From contig JAJPJO010000418.1 in the NCBI GenBank assembly GCA_021324135.1, forward strand, positions 1-11,417: a stretch of DNA of 11,417 nt. The letters run 5' to 3'. The DNA comes from Pseudomonadota bacterium. GTDB lineage: Bacteria; Cyanobacteriota; Vampirovibrionia; Obscuribacterales; Obscuribacteraceae. Positions 5,954 through 11,417 of the stretch are shown in pieces. A model generated the notes under the pieces. The model was not told where the DNA came from, searched no databases, and saw only the letters and a list, made by a program, of their open reading frames with translations. The stretch's first letter is position 1. Each line of letters opens with the position of its first letter. The position numbers and the translations under genes are program-made.

Positions 5954-8170
5954 ATGGAACACATCACTCCGTTTCTGCCGTGGATCTATTGGATCCTGGG
6001 TCTGTTCGCCGTGCTCTGGATCTCATCCTTATGGATCCGGCGCATCCCCAGCGGCAAGATCGCCATTCTCGAAAACGTCGTGAAGAGCAAGTCAATCGCC
6101 ACGGGCCGCATCCTGGCGGAGGACGACGAGATGGGCGTTCTGCAGCGCTACCTCAAGCAGGGGTGGCACGTCATCCCCTGGCCCGTGCGCCGCATCAAGT
6201 ACACCTGCGCGATCACGAATGTGGCCGAGCTGGCTGTGCTGAAGGCGAAAGACGGTGCTGCTCTGCCGCCGAACCGCAAGTTCGCCGATGATCCGGCGGG
6301 CAACACCGAGGACCCCGCGCAGGACCACCACAATCGCTTCCAGGACGCCGAGGGATTCTACAGGCACGGCGGCATCCGCGGCATCCAGCTCCGCATCGTC
6401 ACGGCCGGACCGTACTTCTTCCACCCCGAGCTCTTCGAGGTGATCCCGATCTCCAGGACGGTGATCCCGCCCGGCAAAGTCGGCGTTGTCACCGCCCGTG
6501 ATGGCGCGCCCCTGGAAGCCGGTCAGAACCTCGGCAAGCGCATCGATGGGCACGACCACTTCCAGAACGCCGCCGCCTTCATCCGCAACGGCGGCCAGGG
6601 CGGTCCGCAGATCGAGATCCTGCCTCCCGGCACCTACAACATCAACACCGAGGTGTTCGGGATCGAGATCAAGGACGCGCTCGTGGTGCCGCAGGGCAAG
6701 ATGGCGGTGTTGATCGCCAAGATCGGCAAGCCTCTGCCCACCGGGGAAGTCTGTGCGGAAACGCCTGCGGGCGACAAGGTCTTCACCGACGCGCACGAGT
6801 TCATCACCGCCGGTGGTGTGCAGGGACCGCAATCCCGCATGCTCGGCGCCGGTACGACCTACTACAACCCGCTGGCGTTCGACTTCGAGCTCAAGGACCT
6901 GTTCGCGGTTCAGCCCGGCTTCGTGGCGGCGCGCATCAGCTACATCGGCAAGGAGCCGGAGGTCCAGGGAGAAACGCCCGCACCACCCACGGTGCTGGAA
7001 GGTCAGGCCAAGGATCCGGCGGCTACCCGCTTCAACACGGGCGGTCGCGAATTGCACATCGTCGGTCCGGGCTACCGCGGCCTGCAAAGGGAAGTGCTCT
7101 CGCCCAACCGCTACGCTTACAACCCGTACGCGGAGCAGCTCATCACCTGGCCGATTTCCGTGCGCACCGTCGAGTGGGCTAACCCGAACGACAAGGATCC
7201 CTCGACGAACTACTTCAACCAGTTCCTGATCCAGAGCAACGACGGTCAGGACATGCGCGTCGATGTGCGCATGACCTACCGCGTCAACCCGGAGGACGTG
7301 CCGGCCGTCCTGCGCGCCTTCGGCTCGCCGGAGGCGCTCGAGCAGCAGGTCATCCACCCGCTGGTTGAGAACATCTTCAGGAACCAGGTGACGAAGTCGC
7401 CGGCGATCAACTACGTTCAGAACCGCGACAAGGAAGTCGAGGAAGCCTTCAAGGAAGCCCAGGCCAGGCTGCGCGAGTACCACGTCCAGGTGACTGCGCT
7501 TCTGATCACCAACCTGATCCCGCCCGAGAAGCTGACGGCCATCCTGTCGGCCAAAAGCCTCGCCGAGCAGGAGAAGGACATGTACGCCAAGAAGGAGGAA
7601 GCGCAAAAGGCCCGCATCACCTACGAGAACAGGGCTGCCGAGGCCGAGCAGCAGAAGTCGCTGCGCCAGGCGGAGACCGACATCGTCGTCGCGCAGAACG
7701 AGGCGAAGGCGGTCCAGGAGAGGGCGAAGGGCGAGGCGGCTCGCGTCGAGCTGATCGGTCGCGCTGAGGCGACGGCTACGCAGGTGAAGGGCGAGGCGGA
7801 AGCCTCGATCATCGAGAAGAAGGGGCTGGCGGCCGGCAAGGGCTTCGAGTCCCAGGCTCAGGCGCTCGGTCGCGACGGTCTGGCTTTGCTCGAGGTCTTC
7901 AGGCGCATCGCCGAGGGCGGCACCAAGGTGGTTCCCGACATCGTCGTCGGTGGTGGCACCCCTGGTGGCGTCCCGGGCGCCGACATCAGCGGCATGCTCT
8001 CGGTGCTGGTTGCCCGGTCGCTCCGTGACCAGGCGGTCAGCCCGGCGGCTCCCACGCAAAGCGCGGCGGTCGCTCTCAGTTCCGGTGCGGCCCAGACGCA
8101 ATCCGATCAGGGTCAGGGTGCCACGCTCGTCTCCGGACCTGCGGCTTCCACCCAGGGATCGGCGGCCTGA
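5954..8170 (+). CDS. Flotillin-like SPFH-domain (band-7) membrane scaffold protein of 738 aa. It has an N-terminal TM anchor, four tandem roughly 75-aa repeat modules, a Glu/Ala-rich coiled coil and a flotillin-type C-terminal region with a Ser/Ala/Gln-rich tail.
   Basis: - The N-terminus is a hydrophobic helix (FLPWIYWILGLFAVLWISSLWI).
- Repeated modules begin IPSGKIAIL, IPPGKVGVV, VPQGKMAVL and VQPGFVAAR. Each is followed by an F..GG.QG(P)Q...L.PGTY.N motif.
- The Glu/Ala/Lys/Gln-rich heptad region (AEAEQQKSLRQAETDIVVAQNEAKAVQERAKGEAARVELIGRAEATATQVKGEAEA) is typical of flotillin-family proteins.
- The C-terminal segment VVPDIVVGGGTPGGVPGADISGMLSVL is flotillin-like.
- GC3 is very high, about 90% by eye.
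- Only a weak SD (AAAGTGAG) precedes the ATG at 5954. Confidence 0.8.
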   Translation: MEHITPFLPWIYWILGLFAVLWISSLWIRRIPSGKIAILENVVKSKSIATGRILAEDDEMGVLQRYLKQGWHVIPWPVRRIKYTCAITNVAELAVLKAKDGAALPPNRKFADDPAGNTEDPAQDHHNRFQDAEGFYRHGGIRGIQLRIVTAGPYFFHPELFEVIPISRTVIPPGKVGVVTARDGAPLEAGQNLGKRIDGHDHFQNAAAFIRNGGQGGPQIEILPPGTYNINTEVFGIEIKDALVVPQGKMAVLIAKIGKPLPTGEVCAETPAGDKVFTDAHEFITAGGVQGPQSRMLGAGTTYYNPLAFDFELKDLFAVQPGFVAARISYIGKEPEVQGETPAPPTVLEGQAKDPAATRFNTGGRELHIVGPGYRGLQREVLSPNRYAYNPYAEQLITWPISVRTVEWANPNDKDPSTNYFNQFLIQSNDGQDMRVDVRMTYRVNPEDVPAVLRAFGSPEALEQQVIHPLVENIFRNQVTKSPAINYVQNRDKEVEEAFKEAQARLREYHVQVTALLITNLIPPEKLTAILSAKSLAEQEKDMYAKKEEAQKARITYENRAAEAEQQKSLRQAETDIVVAQNEAKAVQERAKGEAARVELIGRAEATATQVKGEAEASIIEKKGLAAGKGFESQAQALGRDGLALLEVFRRIAEGGTKVVPDIVVGGGTPGGVPGADISGMLSVLVARSLRDQAVSPAAPTQSAAVALSSGAAQTQSDQGQGATLVSGPAASTQGSAA

Positions 8171-8176
8171 TCGTAA

Positions 8177-8245
8177 ATGCCGGTGCCGCGTCATTGAGGC
8201 GTCCGCTGAAGGCGGGGCTCGGTGATCTCTGGTTGGCACCGGCAT
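8177..8245. repeat. Perfect 11-bp inverted repeat (atgccggtgcc / ggcaccggcat) separated by 47 nt, lying 7 nt after the flotillin-like stop codon.
   Basis: - The arms are at 8177-8187 and 8235-8245 and are exact reverse complements.
- The spacer contains a nested small stem (tccgc...gcggg). Confidence 0.6.
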
Positions 8246-8250
8246 CGCAT

Positions 8251-8297
8251 CTGGTGGCGGCTCATCAATCTTAATCGAGCGATGAGCCGCCCACCAG
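8251..8297. repeat. Imperfect 16-bp inverted repeat forming a strong hairpin with a 14-nt loop, in the flotillin-like to small-TM intergenic region.
   Basis: - The arms are ctggtggcggctcatc (8251-8266) and gatgagccgcccaccag (8281-8297).
- All 16 bp pair, with one bulged C at 8291.
- The loop is aatcttaatcgagc.
- No U-run follows. Confidence 0.6.
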
Positions 8298-8353
8298 CTC
8301 GCTGTTCATCCCCCAACACCAAACAGCAAGGAAAACAACCTCAACCCTGAATA

Positions 8354-8359
8354 AGGAGT
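8354..8359 (+). promoter_or_regulatory. Shine-Dalgarno site (AAGGAG) for the small 3-TM protein.
   Basis: - AAGGAG lies 5 nt upstream of the ATG at 8364. Confidence 0.5.
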
Positions 8360-8363
8360 ACGC

Positions 8364-8687
8364 ATGAACAACCCGATGATGCCCGTTCTGTTTCTTTTCC
8401 TGGGACTCACCGGCTCTTCGGTGCTCTCCATGGCCGTGGGCTGGTTCTTCATCAGCGCCAGCGATCGGACTATGAAGATCGCCGCCTGGCTGAATGCTCT
8501 GACCGTTCTGGCCATGATCGGCGTCGCCGGCACCATGGTCTACTGCGTCTTCCGTGCCGACAACGTTACGGAAGCGGCATTCAGCGTCGTTCAGCCCTGG
8601 GTGTGCGGCGCGCTCATCTTCGCGGCCTTCATCTCGGCCGGCTTCCTGCGCGGGCTCAGCCTGCAGAAGTACAAGCGCTGGAATTAG
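8364..8687 (+). CDS. Small integral membrane protein of 107 aa with three predicted TM helices. It lies downstream of, and co-oriented with, the flotillin-like gene.
   Basis: - An AAGGAG lies 5 nt upstream of the ATG, at 8354-8359.
- Three hydrophobic segments are visible: PVLFLFLGLTGSSVLSMAVGWFFI, IAAWLNALTVLAMIGVAGTMVYCVF and VVQPWVCGALIFAAFISAGFL.
- GC3 is high, about 80%, consistent with the neighbouring gene.
- No OB-fold or NfeD-like C-terminal domain is evident. Confidence 0.65.
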   Translation: MNNPMMPVLFLFLGLTGSSVLSMAVGWFFISASDRTMKIAAWLNALTVLAMIGVAGTMVYCVFRADNVTEAAFSVVQPWVCGALIFAAFISAGFLRGLSLQKYKRWN

Positions 8688-8925
8688 TGCCAGCGATCCG
8701 GCAAGCGAGTAAGCAGCGATGGAGCGCCCCCGACGCCCAGGGGCTGTCTCCCTCGTTGCTTCAGCGCATTGAGATACTAAGCGGTATAGTGAATAATGCG
8801 CCTGCTTGAAAGCGAGCCGCCATCGCCTGGTTGCTAAACCGACAACCGGAAACGGGCGGCGGTTGTAAGCCGCACGCCCGCGCCGGTGCCGCCTTCTCGC
8901 CAGACAGCTCTCTGCACTGGCAGCC

Positions 8926-9129
8926 CTACCTGACCCGGGAGCGCTGAGCCTGTTCGAGCCAGACGCGGTGGCGACGGCACAGCTCGTTCAAGCTCGGCTC
9001 TTCCTGGGGCGGTGGCTCGTGCCTGGCGTTGATCTTCCTCAGCTCGGCGCGAATACCGTCGAGCCGATGGTTGACCTGAAGCGCGCAGAAAACCACGACG
9101 CCAACAAGCAATGGAAGAACGATTTCCAT
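8926..9129 (-). CDS. Mini-ORF of 67 aa encoding a single-pass membrane protein. It sits immediately downstream of the rhomboid gene and is not in the supplied ORF track as a separate start; it is the in-frame internal Met of the 8926..9411 ORF.
   Basis: - The ATG at 9127-9129 (minus) is preceded by a strong AAGGAGGAG SD, as plus-strand ctcctcctt at 9137-9145, with a 7-nt spacer.
- It lies 45 nt after the rhomboid stop.
- The translation is MEIVLPLLVGVVVFCALQVNHRLDGIRAELRKINARHEPPPQEEPSLNELCRRHRVWLEQAQRSRVR. It shows a Pro/Gly-containing TM helix followed by a basic, cytoplasmic-type tail.
- Codon third positions are mostly G/C, like the neighbouring genes.
- The TAG stop is at 8926-8928. Confidence 0.45.
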   Translation of the reverse strand: MEIVLPLLVGVVVFCALQVNHRLDGIRAELRKINARHEPPPQEEPSLNELCRRHRVWLEQAQRSRVR

Positions 9130-9136
9130 AGCTGAT

Positions 9137-9145
9137 CTCCTCCTT
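9137..9145 (-). promoter_or_regulatory. Shine-Dalgarno site (AAGGAGGAG) for the 67-aa mini-ORF.
   Basis: - Plus-strand ctcctcctt reverse-complements to AAGGAGGAG.
- It lies 7 nt upstream of the ATG at 9127-9129 on the minus strand. Confidence 0.5.
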
Positions 9146-9173
9146 TGGTGAATTGGTAGCTTCAGCACCACTG

Positions 9174-9869
9174 TTAGATCCGCAGACCCTGCACCGGTTG
9201 CTGGGGCACCAGCTGCAGTGTCATCACCGCAGCGGTGAGAAAACCGACGATCGAGCCGATGGTGTGCGCCCAGAACGTGAACCCGGCTTGCGGAGCCAAT
9301 TGTGGGTTGGCGGCCAGGTAAAAGTTCGCGGCGAACAAGCCCAGGGCGAGCAGTGACCAGATCGGGTGCTTTGAGAAGAAGAGCGCGGCGTATGCGCCGG
9401 AAACTCCGCACACCGCGGCGCTGGCCCCGTACATGGCTTTCCCCTGTGGAGCGATGAACCAGTAGATTTCCGCGGTCAGAATGCCGGTGAACAGGTACAG
9501 GCTCAGGTAGCGAACCGTCCCCAGGCGCTTCTCGACCGCCCTGCCGAAGAGCAGCAGAATTGCCATGTTGCTGAGCACGTGCATCGGGTCGTACTCGTGC
9601 ACGAACATGGAGGTTCCCGCCTTCCAGAGGCCGTGGATGTAGGCGCGCTCAGCGAGCGGGCCTTTGAGGGCTTTGCTGAGAGCTTGCGGCTCGAATGAGA
9701 ACAGTCTGGTCATCTCCTCGGATGTGGTCTGTCCGAGCACGGCCGTCAGCGCCCAGCAGGCGACCGTGAAGGCGATCAACGTGAGGGTGACCACTCCCGT
9801 CACTTTGTCGTTCGAGCCGGTCGCCCTTCCGGACGGTTTTGCCGGTGCGCACTTGTTAGGCTCTGGCAT
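9174..9869 (-). CDS. Rhomboid-family intramembrane serine protease of about 231 aa.
   Basis: - The catalytic-serine motif GASAAV (MYGASAAVCGVSGAY) is rhomboid-like.
- The catalytic-histidine motif AHTIGSIVG sits in a later TM helix, in the rhomboid AHxxGxxxG pattern.
- The upstream WKAGTSMFVHEYDPMHVLSNMAILLLFG is consistent with rhomboid TM2.
- The ATG at 9867-9869 (residue 18 of the track ORF) is preceded by an AAGGAG, as plus-strand ctcctt at 9876-9881, with a 6-nt spacer.
- The more upstream GTG start at 9920 lacks an SD. Confidence 0.85.
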   Translation of the reverse strand: MPEPNKCAPAKPSGRATGSNDKVTGVVTLTLIAFTVACWALTAVLGQTTSEEMTRLFSFEPQALSKALKGPLAERAYIHGLWKAGTSMFVHEYDPMHVLSNMAILLLFGRAVEKRLGTVRYLSLYLFTGILTAEIYWFIAPQGKAMYGASAAVCGVSGAYAALFFSKHPIWSLLALGLFAANFYLAANPQLAPQAGFTFWAHTIGSIVGFLTAAVMTLQLVPQQPVQGLRI

Positions 9870-10314
9870 GGAATCACTCCTTCTCAAAGTTGTGGAAAGG
9901 AAGAAATCGAACCCGCACACGCAGGTGTGATGCGAATGGCACGATGTTGTTTGATTTGTCCCTGTTTTAGTCTTTGATGCCGCGCGATGGAGGTTCGATA
10001 GAAGTTAACTTCACCCTAGTCAGTGTCGATTCGATCCGCAAGAAGTCGTTAATATGGCGTCAAGCTGGCGAACGCGAACAACTTTGCCTGCGCAGTGATG
10101 CCCGGTTTGATTGACGGCGCTGAAGCCGATCGAAATGTGCTGCTTGCTGATTTCGTGGATACACCACTAATGGTGTCACTTTCTCTTAACACCGCATGCG
10201 GTATCGATATTGGCGTTGGATTAAAACTCTGGATATTACACCTGCAGGCGGAATGTGAAAAAGACTGCCCGGCTGCAAATCGTCTGGCTTTAATCAAATT
10301 TTGATCAGTTGATA

Positions 10315-11417
10315 TCAAGCTGGGTGAAACATTTGAAAGAGCCGATCTTTTGAAAAGCTCAAGCGCACGGGACGGCCATGCGGACAAGTGTCATTGCGAG
10401 GCGTCTTCAGCCAGGCGGAGACTAATTTGACAATATCAACATCGCTCAATAACATGCCGTTTTTAATCGCCGATTGGCAGGCGATTGATTTGGTCGCTTC
10501 CAGCTCGATGTTTGCTGTTTCTGCATCCGCCAGGTCGTCGAGCATTTTTTGAATGATGATCGCGTAGTCCTGATGTGCCAACTCCAGAGGTACCTGCAGG
10601 CATGCGATTGCATCGTCGTTGCACTCGAACTCGAAGCCCAACTTCTCCAGTTGTTCCTTATGCTCTTTCAAAACGGCGCTTTGCCCGGCAGACAAATTCA
10701 GAGGTGCGGAGATACACAATCTTTGAGCATCAGTCGAGATTCTTCCGGGAACGGCTTGAGCAGCCAGAATGCGCTCATAAAGCAAGCGCTCGTGGGCGAT
10801 GTGCTGCTCGATGATCTCCATTCCATCCGGGGTTTCAAAAAGAAAATAAGTGTTATGAATGTAGCCCGCCAGCCGCCAGCCACAAGGCAGAGAGCAGTCG
10901 CCATCCAGAGGCAGCAATTGACTGTGCTCTTTGACGGAACCATGGGCGCGCAGATCAGTAGCAGAGCCAAGATCCGGCTTAAAATCAAGTTCTTGAGAAA
11001 ACGATAACTGCCTCGCCGTTTCACCCCTATAACTCGAAGAGCTTTCCTTCAGCAATGGATCAGTTGGCCGGTTCGAGTTGAATTCGCTGTCGAAGGCATT
11101 CAGCCTCAAATGAGGCGGGACTGCATCTTCCGTCCAGCGATCATCTCTGCTGTACAACTGAAGCGCTTGTATCGTCGACGTTTCCTGCACCTGCCCTGGC
11201 TCGCGCTCGGAGTGATCGTATTGGACGGCAGGCGCCGCCGCATGGGCCGGCTCATGCCATCTCGTCGCGGGCAACTCCTGCGCATCGCTTGAGCGCAGCG
11301 ATTCTGCAAGCTCGACCGATTTAGATTCTTCGGTGCGCTCAGGGGCGAAGAGCGAAATCATTTCTTTGCGTGGCTGCCGGAGTGCATCTGCCAGAGCTCG
11401 GTGAAGAGCCATGTAAA
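10315..11417 (-). CDS. mutL: DNA mismatch repair protein MutL, C-terminal dimerisation/endonuclease portion only. The gene continues past the right edge of the window, so the 5' end is missing.
   Basis: - The conserved MutL C-terminal motifs are present: LAGYIHNTYFLFETPDGMEIIEQHIAHERLLYERIL and the near-invariant CPHGRP (TCPHGRPVRLSFSKD) before the stop.
- An ACQ (ACR-like) motif is also present.
- The ORF is open to the window edge at 11417.
- The stop codon is at 10315-10317. Confidence 0.85.
   Translation of the reverse strand, partial: YMALHRALADALRQPRKEMISLFAPERTEESKSVELAESLRSSDAQELPATRWHEPAHAAAPAVQYDHSEREPGQVQETSTIQALQLYSRDDRWTEDAVPPHLRLNAFDSEFNSNRPTDPLLKESSSSYRGETARQLSFSQELDFKPDLGSATDLRAHGSVKEHSQLLPLDGDCSLPCGWRLAGYIHNTYFLFETPDGMEIIEQHIAHERLLYERILAAQAVPGRISTDAQRLCISAPLNLSAGQSAVLKEHKEQLEKLGFEFECNDDAIACLQVPLELAHQDYAIIIQKMLDDLADAETANIELEATKSIACQSAIKNGMLLSDVDIVKLVSAWLKTPRNDTCPHGRPVRLSFSKDRLFQMFHPA

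Noticed and set aside
6092-8245. A 717-aa minus-strand ORF antisense to the flotillin-like gene.
   Set aside because: - The translation is Arg/Leu/Gly/Asp-rich low-complexity sequence with no recognisable domain.
- It is fully embedded antisense to a gene with strong motif support.
- It is the expected stop-free shadow frame of a very high GC3 coding sequence.
8688-8925. Possible bidirectional terminators between the convergent 3-TM gene and the mini-ORF.
   Set aside because: - Stems were found, for example acaaccg/cggttgt at about 8839-8866 and gcccc/ggggc near 8726-8750.
- None is followed by a U-tract on either strand, so no terminator is called.
9870-9920. An upstream GTG start for the rhomboid, which would give the 248-aa track ORF.
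   Set aside because: - The in-frame ATG at 9867-9869 has a well-spaced AAGGAG.
- The GTG at 9918-9920 has none.
- The extra 17 residues, MCGFDFFLSTTLRRSDS, add nothing rhomboid-like.
10095-10304. A 69-aa plus-strand ORF in the rhomboid-mutL intergenic region.
   Set aside because: - It has no SD and no recognisable features.
- The region is more plausibly the rhomboid promoter and mutL 3' end.
- The short hairpin (acacca/tggtgt, 10161-10176) with a following T-rich tract was noted but is too weak to call.
10549-11007. A 152-aa plus-strand ORF antisense to mutL, plus smaller ORFs at 10575..10814 and 10698..11024.
   Set aside because: - They are embedded antisense to, or out of frame within, a mutL region with conserved motifs.
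1-11417. Scan for tRNA or rRNA genes, CRISPR repeats, IS elements, integrases and toxin-antitoxin pairs.
   Set aside because: - No cloverleaf-compatible segments were found.
- No regularly spaced direct repeats were found.
- No transposase or integrase-like ORFs were found.
- No terminal inverted repeats flank any gene block.
- Nothing in the sequence supports these feature types.

Overview
The window looks like a bacterial chromosomal segment of roughly 55-60% GC, with AGGAG-type Shine-Dalgarno sites ahead of most genes. I can support nine protein-coding genes and found no tRNA, rRNA, CRISPR array, transposase or integrase. All family assignments come from motifs I recognise by eye; no search was run.

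- **Genes, left to right:**
  - An operon-like pair on the minus strand: an unknown 369-aa protein followed by a MepA-like (peptidase M74) murein endopeptidase.
  - An M50 (site-2-protease-type) membrane zinc protease, minus strand.
  - A strongly Gln-rich repeat and coiled-coil protein, plus strand.
  - A 738-aa flotillin-like (SPFH-domain, also called band-7) protein carrying four tandem N-terminal repeat modules and a Glu/Ala-rich coiled coil, followed by a small 3-TM (three transmembrane helix) protein, plus strand.
  - Converging on these, a rhomboid intramembrane serine protease and a 67-aa single-TM mini-ORF downstream of it that is absent from the supplied ORF track, minus strand.
  - The 3' part of mutL, running off the right edge of the window.
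- **Most notable observations:**
  - The flotillin-like gene has much higher third-codon-position GC (GC3, roughly 90% by eye) than its neighbours.
  - Flanking non-coding regions carry strong hairpins and a terminator-like stem about 40 nt upstream of the flotillin-like start codon.
  - An SPFH scaffold gene, a rhomboid gene and small TM proteins sit next to each other.
  - Three unrelated envelope proteases (M74, M50, rhomboid) fall within 10 kb.
- **Artefacts:** several long antisense 'shadow' ORFs, including a 717-aa ORF opposite the flotillin-like gene, arise from the high GC3 and are rejected.
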